NCBI GenBank assembly: GCA_017935245.1
Contig: JAGBHZ010000004.1
Coordinates: 1,305-65,304 of the forward strand
Origin: Alphaproteobacteria bacterium
GTDB taxonomy: Bacteria > Pseudomonadota > Alphaproteobacteria > Rs-D84
Length of the DNA stretch: 64,000 bases
Direction of reading: 5' to 3'
Shown here: positions 41,034 through 50,555 of the stretch, piece by piece
Position numbering within the stretch: the first letter of the stretch is position 1
How the letters are laid out: every line of letters starts with the position of its first letter
Notes under the pieces: generated by a model
What the model saw: only the letters and a program-made list of their open reading frames with translations
The model's database searches: none
Told to the model about the DNA's origin: nothing
Program-made: the position numbers and the translations under genes

Positions 41034-42179
41034 TTAAAACTGTAATCGCAGACGTGCACCAACGTCAACCATCCCCAGTCGCCCACTTTCATACCAATTG
41101 GTATAGTGGAAAACGCTGTCATATGGCGCTTCGTATTCGCCGCCGGCACCATCACCCAACCATTCTGTCTGGGAAACAATAATTGAACCCGATGTCTTTA
41201 CACGCCCCAAATTTGCATAGCGAACATACAGGTCAAGTTTTATGCCGCCTTCCATTTCGGTTGTGATACCACCTTCTAGCATAAATGCCAATTGTTCTGT
41301 CGTGCCACCATTATGATACGCATAAACGTCGGATATACCCGTTAAATCGCCCGCACCGGCCCCAATCGGATCCATTTCAGAATAAAATGTGTTGTCATAT
41401 ACGACATAGTCTGCAACCGTATTCAACGCAATACCAACACCCGCACCAATATAGGGGCGCAGCGATCCACCCGCCAAAAATCCAGTATATGAATCAATGT
41501 TATAATATACGTTTAACATGGTCGTGTTTGACGTAATCGCACCACCATCAACGGTCGCATTAATCAAACCACCCGCACCGTCAGATGTCTGAACAATTGT
41601 CGGATATGCCAGCCCCGAATACCGCAAATATGAAAAATCAACACGAATATCGTTGTTAATCGCCGCACCAACGGACACCTGAAGCGGGATAACGGTATCA
41701 GAGTGAAAATCGGCTTCTTCAAATGCGCCGGGGACAAAGAAACTGTTTTCTTCGCCAACATAATCGGCCGACATACCACCCATCAAAGACGCAGTATACG
41801 CAACCGACAAACCAACGTACAGACCACTGTCGGCCAAACGTTCATAGTCGGTCGATTGATAATACGAACGCCCCGCGGTTGTCTGGGACGACCCAACATA
41901 TGGCAATGCGCCGGTGATACGCGTCGGCTGGGCCGCGGCAACAGTGCGATATTGATTATACTGGGACACATTGGCCGATGCCGGATTGGCGACGATACGA
42001 CTGTTATTCGATGGCATATATTGAACCACGCCATTATTCATAACCGGCACCGCCCCCACAGGCATACCGTTATTTTGTCCCACCGGATATGATGGATGCA
42101 CCGGATATGCCGCATTTAATGCGACGGGTGCGCCCAATAACAGACCGGCAAAAGCGGCAAAAACACTTGATTTTTTCAT
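41034..42179 (-). CDS. Outer membrane beta-barrel protein (OmpA/opacity-like)
   Basis: Signal peptide; GLYVG, IRVDFSY, MLNVYY, PYIGAGVG, terminal GARLRLQF. Confidence 0.8.
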   Translation of the reverse strand: MKKSSVFAAFAGLLLGAPVALNAAYPVHPSYPVGQNNGMPVGAVPVMNNGVVQYMPSNNSRIVANPASANVSQYNQYRTVAAAQPTRITGALPYVGSSQTTAGRSYYQSTDYERLADSGLYVGLSVAYTASLMGGMSADYVGEENSFFVPGAFEEADFHSDTVIPLQVSVGAAINNDIRVDFSYLRYSGLAYPTIVQTSDGAGGLINATVDGGAITSNTTMLNVYYNIDSYTGFLAGGSLRPYIGAGVGIALNTVADYVVYDNTFYSEMDPIGAGAGDLTGISDVYAYHNGGTTEQLAFMLEGGITTEMEGGIKLDLYVRYANLGRVKTSGSIIVSQTEWLGDGAGGEYEAPYDSVFHYTNWYESGRLGMVDVGARLRLQF

Positions 42180-42331
42180 ACCTTTCCGAATTCCTTTTGG
42201 GATTATTATATCACACAATGGGGGGGACGTGCAAGCAATCAGAATAAAACAAAAAATATTTTTAGCGTTCGCGTCCCACTACGCTGCGAGGCGCGGTCGC
42301 CGATGGCTCAACTGTTGACGCGCAAAAAAAT

Positions 42332-42416
42332 TGGTGCGGGTAAGGAGAATCGAACTCCTATGGGTTGCCCCACTGGAACCTAAATCCAGCGCGTCTACCA
42401 GTTTCGCCATACCCGC
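42332..42416 (-). tRNA. tRNA-Leu(TAG)
   Basis: Reverse complement GCGGGTATGGCGAAACTGGTAGACGCG-CTGGA-TTTAGGT-TCCAG...GTTCGATTC...ACCA. Confidence 0.95.
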
Positions 42417-42544
42417 GTTCCGCGGGCCAGTTGTCGTCAACCCGCATTAATTTTCACAGTTTTTGTATTCTATGATAATTTTTACTTGATTTCCAGTAAA
42501 ATTTAACCTAAAATCGGACGCAGAATAATTAAAAGGCAACCAAA

Positions 42545-42724
42545 ATGGCATCTAAAAAAGGCAGCAAAGAAGTTGTAAAGCTGGAAAACAAAGAAACTGG
42601 CTTCTTTTACACAACTACTAAAAATACCAAGTCGGAAAGAACCGCCGGCAAAATGAAATTCCGCAAGTACGACCCAAAACTGCGCAAGCATGTCGTATTC
42701 ACAGAAGCAAAAATGCCGCACTAA
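42545..42724 (+). CDS. rpmG: 50S ribosomal protein L33 (not in the ORF track)
   Basis: Translated by hand: MASKKGSKEVVKLENKETGFFYTTTKN...KMKFRKYDPKLRKHVVFTEAKMPH; Cys-free variant. Confidence 0.93.
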   Translation: MASKKGSKEVVKLENKETGFFYTTTKNTKSERTAGKMKFRKYDPKLRKHVVFTEAKMPH

Positions 42725-42765
42725 GCATTTGGTATAAAAAAATTTCCCCCAATCGGGGGATTTTT

Positions 42766-44145
42766 TTATCGGTCATATATTACCGGTGTGCGGTTTATCG
42801 TATAGACACGCCCGTCGTTTGCACGATTTATAAATACATATATCACGTTGGCCACATCTGAATCCTTCCACGGATTCATATTTCCAATTACCTGGCGCGA
42901 TGTGTTGTGGCGAAAAACACTGTGAAACGTGTTATCGATAACACGGCTGTACGCGTCGTCAAATGACGGATACACAATCATATTCATCAGAACCACACCA
43001 TTTGGGGCAACACGTGATTTAATACGCGACATAAATTCGGTTGTTATTAAACCTTCGGGAACCTGAAAGGAATTTGAATATACATCCAACAATATTATAT
43101 CATATAAATCGGGCGTGTTTTTTAAAAACTGGGACGCATCTTGGACGATAAATTTTTTATTTGGTGTTAAGGATTTTTTCAAGAAATGTTTTTCAGACAC
43201 ATCTTTTAATGTTGGTTCAATGTCAACAAATGTATATTCGTGAAATTCATCGTTCAAACCCGCGGTAAATCCCCCCGCCCCCAGAACCAAAATCTTGCGC
43301 GGGGTGTCCGATGGTAAATTATATATAAAATTGTCATTTATATAGTTTATATAATCGGCCCCCAATTGTTGACGTGAATCATACATAGACATTGCCAGGC
43401 GGTTCATATCTAAAACACGAACATCACCAAATTCCGCCACAGATATCGTTGAATTGGCATTATTTACCAATATGCCATATTTGCTGAATTGGACATAATC
43501 ACTGTTGATATAAAGCCCAAAGATTAACAGGAACAGTGATACAATCCAAACCCACAAACGGCGCGATGATGCCAGCGCACAAACCAACCCCAGTACTATT
43601 ACCAAACCAACGGTATAATTCACACCCAATATTGGCATCAAAAGCAATGTTGTCGTCATTGATGCCAATACCGAACCAATCGTATCAACCGCCATTATAT
43701 TACCAGTGTTGTTTTTATTTCGTGTCTGTAACAGGCGCGACAACAATGTCGTATTAAATCCAAATAAAAATGGTCCAACCGACAAAAACACAAATGAATA
43801 GATAAACGTCTGGGCCACAGATGATGTTATTCCATATGCGTACATTAGCGCAAAATATGTTGTAACAAATGGGAAACTGGCCGCGAATAATGCCAGGGTC
43901 GCGATTACTAAAAAACTGATACATAAAATGTTTGGAATCTTGGAAACACGGACACGTGGTGAATTGCCCAGCCAATACCCCAATGACATAAACCCAAGGA
44001 ATGCCCCCATAATAATACTGGTTATCACTGGACTGGACCCGACCCAGAACGACAATTGGCGCAATACGACCAATTCCAATGACAGACTTATAAACCCATT
44101 AAAGAAAATCAGTAACAGCAACCATACACGTAATTTTTTTGACAT
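42766..44145 (-). CDS. Fused membrane domain/spermidine synthase-like SAM-binding protein
   Basis: N-terminal multi-TM region (SLELV..R, DTIGS); C-terminal ILVLGAGG, VDIE, QDA, YDIILLDVY. Confidence 0.8.
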   Translation of the reverse strand: MSKKLRVWLLLLIFFNGFISLSLELVVLRQLSFWVGSSPVITSIIMGAFLGFMSLGYWLGNSPRVRVSKIPNILCISFLVIATLALFAASFPFVTTYFALMYAYGITSSVAQTFIYSFVFLSVGPFLFGFNTTLLSRLLQTRNKNNTGNIMAVDTIGSVLASMTTTLLLMPILGVNYTVGLVIVLGLVCALASSRRLWVWIVSLFLLIFGLYINSDYVQFSKYGILVNNANSTISVAEFGDVRVLDMNRLAMSMYDSRQQLGADYINYINDNFIYNLPSDTPRKILVLGAGGFTAGLNDEFHEYTFVDIEPTLKDVSEKHFLKKSLTPNKKFIVQDASQFLKNTPDLYDIILLDVYSNSFQVPEGLITTEFMSRIKSRVAPNGVVLMNMIVYPSFDDAYSRVIDNTFHSVFRHNTSRQVIGNMNPWKDSDVANVIYVFINRANDGRVYTINRTPVIYDR

Positions 44146-44208
44146 ATTTTTAATCCTTTCGCACCTGGGACAGTATGGTAATAAAAAAATGTATATGGGG
44201 CAACAATA

Positions 44209-44508
44209 TTAATGCACGTTCATAAGACGAATATCATCAAATTCAGGAAATCGATTAAACATCGCGCGCGCAAATGGACAAATCGTTATTACATGGCGAT
44301 GCTGGGACCGCGCCATGTCGGCAACATGCCGAATTAATGTCAGACCAATATTCTGGCCACGATATGGCGCCGCAACACCGGTATAATCAATAATTAATTT
44401 ATCCATTCCGATGCGTACAAATGTAACCTGGCCAACGATTTGACCACGGTAAATCGCATCAATACCCGAACCATCAATGGATGGTAAATACTGAATATCA
44501 TCCGCCAT
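44209..44508 (-). CDS. YjdJ-type small GNAT acetyltransferase
   Basis: IIDYTGV...RGQNIG...ICPFA. Confidence 0.85.
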   Translation of the reverse strand: MADDIQYLPSIDGSGIDAIYRGQIVGQVTFVRIGMDKLIIDYTGVAAPYRGQNIGLTLIRHVADMARSQHRHVITICPFARAMFNRFPEFDDIRLMNVH

Positions 44509-44605
44509 AATTTATGCCCCCCAACGCAAAAAATATAGCACATGAAAAAGATTGTTTCACTATGACTGTATTCAATAAAAACAAATGGGGGACGTGCCCC
44601 CAATT

Positions 44606-45541
44606 TTACCCAGAAATAGAATCAAAATTCTTGCGAATTATTTTACCACTGCGCCGCAGGGCAGATTTTTCCGGCGCCGTCATGCGCGGAACCAATGTTG
44701 TAATCACACCACCACGACCCACAATCCGCGGTAATGACATTGCCAATGCAGATGTCCCCGCACCGGCAACGGTGGATACGGTTAAAATGCGACGCTCGTC
44801 ATTTATAATGCAGCGCAATAAATCCGCCACGGCCGCCGCAATACCATCCCACGTTGCACCACGACCACGAATAATTTCATAGGCCGCATTTTGAACACGA
44901 TGTTCAATTGTATTACGGGTTGTGATTGGCAGACTTATTTTTGCCTGGCGACAAAAGGTGTTCAAATCAATTGCACCAATTGATGCCGATGACCAATTAA
45001 TCATACTGCTGTCGCCGTGTTCCCCCAGGACATATGCATTTATTGATTGGGTGGATACAGACAATTGGCGCGATAATATTGCACGCAAACGCGCCGAATC
45101 CAGCATTGTGCCCGTACCAATTACGCGGGACGGTGGCAACTTGGAAATCTTTTGCGCCAACATAACCATAACATCCAACGGATTTGTTACAATAACCAAC
45201 GTTACGTTTTTAGAATCTACATTTGCCATGACACGTGGCACAATATCAGAAATTACCGCCGCATTTGCATTTAATAAATCTGTACGCGTTTCGCCGGGCT
45301 TCTGGTTTGCACCGGCCGCAATTACAACGATATCAGACCCACGAATACCACGATAATTATTTACCGCAGTGATTTTTACATCGTACGAAAACGCAGACGC
45401 GTGGCCCAAATCTTCGGCCGCGGCATATGAACGCACATTATCACGATCATAAAGTGCGATTTCATGTACCAATCCTGTATTTTTTACCGCCGTTGCAACG
45501 GCCGCGCCAACCGAACCAATACCAATAATAGAAACCTTCAT
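44606..45541 (-). CDS. ldh: L-lactate dehydrogenase
   Basis: GIGSVG, AGANQKPGETR (Gln specificity residue), TNPLD, GTMLDSAR, GEHGDS. Confidence 0.88.
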   Translation of the reverse strand: MKVSIIGIGSVGAAVATAVKNTGLVHEIALYDRDNVRSYAAAEDLGHASAFSYDVKITAVNNYRGIRGSDIVVIAAGANQKPGETRTDLLNANAAVISDIVPRVMANVDSKNVTLVIVTNPLDVMVMLAQKISKLPPSRVIGTGTMLDSARLRAILSRQLSVSTQSINAYVLGEHGDSSMINWSSASIGAIDLNTFCRQAKISLPITTRNTIEHRVQNAAYEIIRGRGATWDGIAAAVADLLRCIINDERRILTVSTVAGAGTSALAMSLPRIVGRGGVITTLVPRMTAPEKSALRRSGKIIRKNFDSISG

Positions 45542-45641
45542 AACAATCCCCCCCGATTATCAAAGTAATTATATCACATATTATGGTATTTTCACATAGG
45601 ACTTGAAGTTTTTTTATTTCGTGGTAAATTTCGTTATTACC

Positions 45642-46121
45642 ATGAAGAATAGAAATAAAATTAAATTAATATTGATGCTGATGCTGGCGGGGGCACCGAT
45701 TGCCGCCCAACAACAAACACCAGACGACAAAAAACGTAGCGCACGCACAGAACGATTTGCGCGGTTGTTGCTGTATTGGGCCGATTACGAAGCATATGAT
45801 TCTGTAAAAATGCGTGAAAAACGTATTGCCGAGAAAATGCCATATGACAGTGCCGCGAATAAAATCCCGGACCTGATTCGTGATTCAACATATTATGCCG
45901 ACATAATAAAATCTGGGGCAGATTTGATAAATAAAAGGTATTCATTACGTGAAACACCAGACAATGTTTATATGCTGTACGAGTTGCTGTATATTTACGA
46001 AGAAAAACACACAGACAAGAATTCATCTGAATACATTTTAATTGATAATTTAATGAAATATGTCGATGTGTTAAAGCAACTAAAACTGAACCGATATACG
46101 ATGGAAGTGAATATGAAATAA
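45642..46121 (+). CDS. Hypothetical secreted protein
   Basis: Signal-peptide-like MKNRNKIKLILMLMLAGAPIAA; terminator at 46120-46147. Confidence 0.65.
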   Translation: MKNRNKIKLILMLMLAGAPIAAQQQTPDDKKRSARTERFARLLLYWADYEAYDSVKMREKRIAEKMPYDSAANKIPDLIRDSTYYADIIKSGADLINKRYSLRETPDNVYMLYELLYIYEEKHTDKNSSEYILIDNLMKYVDVLKQLKLNRYTMEVNMK

Positions 46122-46144
46122 AAATCCCCCATTCGGGGGATTTT

Positions 46145-47581
46145 TTAATAGGATTTCGCAACAAATACGTATGTTGGATCATTATCATCCAAACAACGAC
46201 GTGTAATTTTATGTTTGTCCATTAATTCATCAAATTTTGAATCCTGGGTTAATTCGTACTTGATGCGAAAGAATCCAATTTGGCCATTTGTTAATGCGAT
46301 ATCCAGCGCATCTAAATCCGCCACATCGTGAATCATGTCTGCATTACGTTTTTCAATACGCGTAACCATGTCATCATGAATCTGATTCATAATATCGTTT
46401 GCAGACGCAACCAATTCATCGGTTGTTATTGTACGCTTGGATTCTTTGCCAATATCACGACGGGTAATCGTTACCGTCCCAGATTCCATTTCACGGCCAC
46501 CAATTTCAACACGCAATGGCACACCGCGCTTAATCCATTTCCACATTTTGTCTGGGGCACGCATATCAGACGTGTCAACCAATACACGAATACCCACCCC
46601 GCGTAATTGTTCACCCAGTTTTTCTGCATATGAATTAAGGGCATCTGCGGTATCTTCACGGGTGATTGGAATAATAACAATTTGATATGGCGCAACCGCC
46701 GGCGGTAATACCAAACCATCATCATCAGAATGAACCATAAACATTGACCCCATCATACGCGTTGTTGTACCCCATGATGTTGTCCATGCATGTTGCAATT
46801 TACCATCGGTCCCCAGGAACTGAATCCCAAAAGATTTGGAAAAATGCTGTCCCAGGTCATGCGATGTGCCGGCCTGTAACGCTTTGCCGTCTTGCATAAT
46901 ATGTTCCAATGTATATGTGTGATCGGCACCGGCAAATCTTTCTTCGGGTGTTTTTTCGCCCATAATTGACGGTATAGCCAATATTTCACGCATATAGTCG
47001 CCATACATTTTATGCATTTTACGTGCATCGGCATTGGCTTGCTCGTGTGTGGCAAAAACATTATGCCCTTCTTGCCAGTTAAATTCTGATGTGCGCAAGA
47101 ACATACGTGGACGCATTTCCCAACGCATTACATTTACCCACTGGTTTAATTTCATTGGCAAATCGCGATAACTTTGTATCCACCTGGACATTGCTTCGCC
47201 AATAATCGTTTCTGATGTCGGACGAATAATATATGGTTCGGTCAATTTTGATTCTGGGTCAGGTTGCAATTTACCATCAATCATTTTTAAGCGGTGATGG
47301 GTTACAACTGCTGATTCCTTGGCAAAACCGTCAACATGCTGGGCCTCTTTATTAAAAAATTCAATTGGTATCAGCAATGGAAAGTTTGCGTTTTGAACGC
47401 CGTGTGATTTGATACGTCTGTCCATTTCATCACGCATCAATTCCCAAATCGCCCAACCATATGGCTTAATTGTCATGCATCCCCGCACAGGGGCATTTTC
47501 CGCCAAATCTGCGGCAACGATTAAATTTTGATACCATTCGCTAAAATTTTCAGCGCGCGTTGGTGTAATTGCTGTTTTCAT
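46145..47581 (-). CDS. proS: Proline--tRNA ligase, eukaryote/archaea-like type (no editing insertion)
   Basis: FSEWY, VRGCM.IKPYG, RPTSET, QWVNVMRWE, FLRT.EF.WQEGH, QAGTSH.LGQ, SWGTTTR, terminal AKSY. Confidence 0.93.
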   Translation of the reverse strand: MKTAITPTRAENFSEWYQNLIVAADLAENAPVRGCMTIKPYGWAIWELMRDEMDRRIKSHGVQNANFPLLIPIEFFNKEAQHVDGFAKESAVVTHHRLKMIDGKLQPDPESKLTEPYIIRPTSETIIGEAMSRWIQSYRDLPMKLNQWVNVMRWEMRPRMFLRTSEFNWQEGHNVFATHEQANADARKMHKMYGDYMREILAIPSIMGEKTPEERFAGADHTYTLEHIMQDGKALQAGTSHDLGQHFSKSFGIQFLGTDGKLQHAWTTSWGTTTRMMGSMFMVHSDDDGLVLPPAVAPYQIVIIPITREDTADALNSYAEKLGEQLRGVGIRVLVDTSDMRAPDKMWKWIKRGVPLRVEIGGREMESGTVTITRRDIGKESKRTITTDELVASANDIMNQIHDDMVTRIEKRNADMIHDVADLDALDIALTNGQIGFFRIKYELTQDSKFDELMDKHKITRRCLDDNDPTYVFVAKSY

Positions 47582-47601
47582 TTTTTATATCTCTTACTTT
47601 T

Positions 47602-48426
47602 TTATTTCTTGTCTTTTAATTCCATGTATTTATCAGATACCTGTTTTTGCAGTACCGTTGCGATTTCTTTTCTGTTTAACCCCGCCAGGGGTGGTGGTGG
47701 CAGTAATGTAATTTCAACCATGAATCCACCCAGCATCATGATGTGAAATACCTGGCCGAATGCACTGCGTTCGCGTTTGCATTTTGGCCCCACATCCATT
47801 TTTGCGTTATCAAAGTATGCAAAATGGTCCGCCATTGTTTGTTCATCAATCGGTGTACCATCTTTGTAGCGATAATGCATCGCCATAGGTTGCACCGTAA
47901 CATTTGAATTTTCAACAAAATTAAACAAGGTGCTTTTAAATGGCTTTACATATGCGCCGTTGGTGGTTGTGCCCTCTGGAAACAATATCATTGGGTATTT
48001 AACGTTTTTGACCGTTTCTTGAACCACCGCCAATGCATCGCGCGCATGTGATGGACGACGATCAACAAATATCACACCAAACTTTTTCGCAACCCATCCA
48101 ACCAGTGGCCAATTTTCCATTTCTTTTTTGGCAATAAAACTGCCCCGAAATGCAGACGGAAATGTCGCGATTTCAAACACAGATATATGATTAGATACAA
48201 CCATCAATGGTCGCGCATCTGACAATTTTCCATGCACAACAATTTTAATCCCGCCCAGTTTTAGCAAAAACCACATAAATACCGGCATATATTGAACCGC
48301 CCAACGACGTGGTAAAAATGCGATAATTGGTATCTGAACAACAACCATTATCCAGAATGCAATAAACTTAATCGCGGCGGTTGTGGTATTAAAAATATTC
48401 TGTTTACGTAGTTTTGGTTTCGCCAT
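47602..48426 (-). CDS. Lysophospholipid/lyso-ornithine lipid acyltransferase (PlsC/OlsA family)
   Basis: SNHIS, FIAKKE..WP..G, FVDR, LFPEGTT; directly after the OlsB-like gene. Confidence 0.85.
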   Translation of the reverse strand: MAKPKLRKQNIFNTTTAAIKFIAFWIMVVVQIPIIAFLPRRWAVQYMPVFMWFLLKLGGIKIVVHGKLSDARPLMVVSNHISVFEIATFPSAFRGSFIAKKEMENWPLVGWVAKKFGVIFVDRRPSHARDALAVVQETVKNVKYPMILFPEGTTTNGAYVKPFKSTLFNFVENSNVTVQPMAMHYRYKDGTPIDEQTMADHFAYFDNAKMDVGPKCKRERSAFGQVFHIMMLGGFMVEITLLPPPPLAGLNRKEIATVLQKQVSDKYMELKDKK

Positions 48427-48428
48427 GA

Positions 48429-49391
48429 TTATTCTTCTTCGTTTTCTGATTTTTCGGCATCTTCGATATATTCGGCATCGGCCGCATCTTCGTGCAGCAA
48501 GAATTCAACAAATGCACGCATAACCTTTAACGGGCCGGCAACAGGGAACGTTACAATCTTGCCAATCGTTTTTATAATACCATCTTTGTCTTCGCCAATA
48601 TCCCCCAGTGCATTTTCACGTCCCAAGAAATGTTTCTGGTATGCGACGTCCATTTTACGGGTTTCCATCATAACAAACACATCATACGAATTAAATGGCG
48701 CATCAACAAATACCCCCTTGCCAAATGTCGCCCCCAGGCGCAAATATCCCTTTATCAATGGGGTCATTTCACGTTTTGCATCCACTTCATCCACAAATTC
48801 CGGCGGCAGAATATTCATGCGACTTAATTTCGGATTTACACCATCTGCAAACTTTTCCGGTAAAACTGTTGCCCGCAGGCGCAATGGTGTTAGATGGTTA
48901 TAGTACAAATATGATATCGCCTGGGCCGATTTGGCCGGTTTGGTTCCAACCCATGATGCAACACCGAACAGTACCCCAATCTTGCGACGGACAATATATT
49001 CACCCAATCCCGCCCATAACATACGCATAACCAGTGCATTTTCACAATATGCCATATCAACACATGCACGGGACATTTCTGCAATATTACCACGATATTT
49101 TTTTATCTTGGATATATTAAATTCATTTTCTGTATAAAAACCGCCCATTTTTTCGGCCGCATTTCGATCAATAATTCGATATGTGCCAACAACACGCCCC
49201 TGGTGAAAAACCGCCATGTATTCGGCAAATCGATCGTATGCATCATATTCTTCGCCCAGGGCACGCTGTTCTTCGGTTGTGCCGGCCCCCTCTTCTTCTA
49301 CAAAGACCTTGTAGCGCAATTGACGAACCTGTTTTCGTTCTTCTTTGTTTCGTGTCAGGCGTACTTCGAAATCACGCACCTTGATAGCCAT
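48429..49391 (-). CDS. olsB: Ornithine N-acyltransferase-like GNAT (OlsB family)
   Basis: LRYKVFVEE.GA, D.YD, VVGTYR, FY.E.EF, EMSRACV, LW.GL, LFG.AS, PLIKGYLRLGA. Confidence 0.8.
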   Translation of the reverse strand: MAIKVRDFEVRLTRNKEERKQVRQLRYKVFVEEEGAGTTEEQRALGEEYDAYDRFAEYMAVFHQGRVVGTYRIIDRNAAEKMGGFYTENEFNISKIKKYRGNIAEMSRACVDMAYCENALVMRMLWAGLGEYIVRRKIGVLFGVASWVGTKPAKSAQAISYLYYNHLTPLRLRATVLPEKFADGVNPKLSRMNILPPEFVDEVDAKREMTPLIKGYLRLGATFGKGVFVDAPFNSYDVFVMMETRKMDVAYQKHFLGRENALGDIGEDKDGIIKTIGKIVTFPVAGPLKVMRAFVEFLLHEDAADAEYIEDAEKSENEEE

Positions 49392-49459
49392 AAGTAATCC
49401 TTTTATAAATTTATATTGGGAAGAATATCAAACAAAAGCGCCGTTGTAAATTGTTTTAT

Positions 49460-50524
49460 TTATCGCAAATTATCCGCCAGGTTTGATATCGCAATCGCAT
49501 ACCAATTCGAATTATTCCACTTCTTTATACGATAGAAATTTGGATATGTCAAATATGCCACAATTGCCGGCATTGGCGCAATGTCCGAATCCATGGGTGC
49601 GGCCGCGGCATTGGCAATAACCGTCGCGCGCGCCATTTCAATTGCCGCAACATCCGCAACCAGACCCGCCGTCATGTCCGCAACCGGAATTGGGGTGCCG
49701 TCTGGATTCAAAACACCCATCGATGCCCACTGGGATAACGATAGCCGTGTTTTACCATCCAATAACGTGGTATCAAAATCTGCGGGTAAAATTACACGAC
49801 GGGCAATACGCTCGTTTTTATTCCAGCCCAAGCGACTTAGATAATTACCCGCACTGAACATTGCGTCCCCGATGCTGTCAATAATATCAATGCGCCCATC
49901 ACCGTTACCATCAACACCATACTGCGCCAGGGTTGTTGGTATAAACTGAAAATGCCCCATTGCACCCGCCCATGAACCATAAATATTGTTTATGTCCAGA
50001 TTATTTTTGTCCGCAATTTTCAACAGTGCCAATAATTGATTTCCAAAAAAAGTTTCACGGCGACCTTCGTACATCAATGTCAAAAACGCATCAATTAATT
50101 TATGACGCGATTTGACCGCACCATAGTTTGATTCCATACCCCAAAACGCCAAAATAACATGTGGCGGAACACCATATTTATTTTCAACACGCGATAACAT
50201 GGTTGGATACTTTGCACGCATTTGGCGCCCGGTTTTGATGCGGGTGGAATTAACCGTGCGGTCCAGATATTCATCCAATGTTAATTTAAATTCAGATTGA
50301 TTTCGATCACTTTTAACAATCGACGGGATAAACGCCGGCGAACGCAATGCAGAACGCGTAACATCCACAGACACCCCCGATGCCAATGCACGGGTACGAA
50401 CATTTTCCAGCACCGTTTCCCATCGGTCCATATCAAACGCACCACGCACGTCGCAATGGCCCGCCATCGGAATAATAAATATCATAAACACACCGCATAT
50501 GCGGGAAATACTACGCAAAAACAT
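49460..50524 (-). CDS. Lytic murein transglycosylase (MltB-like, SLT_2)
   Basis: D.NQSEF, AFWGMESNYG, GSWAGAMGHFQF.P, DGNGDGRID, NF..IKKWN.S.WYA. Confidence 0.9.
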   Translation of the reverse strand: MFLRSISRICGVFMIFIIPMAGHCDVRGAFDMDRWETVLENVRTRALASGVSVDVTRSALRSPAFIPSIVKSDRNQSEFKLTLDEYLDRTVNSTRIKTGRQMRAKYPTMLSRVENKYGVPPHVILAFWGMESNYGAVKSRHKLIDAFLTLMYEGRRETFFGNQLLALLKIADKNNLDINNIYGSWAGAMGHFQFIPTTLAQYGVDGNGDGRIDIIDSIGDAMFSAGNYLSRLGWNKNERIARRVILPADFDTTLLDGKTRLSLSQWASMGVLNPDGTPIPVADMTAGLVADVAAIEMARATVIANAAAAPMDSDIAPMPAIVAYLTYPNFYRIKKWNNSNWYAIAISNLADNLR

Positions 50525-50555
50525 ACGTCCACCCTTTGGCCAGATATTATAACTT

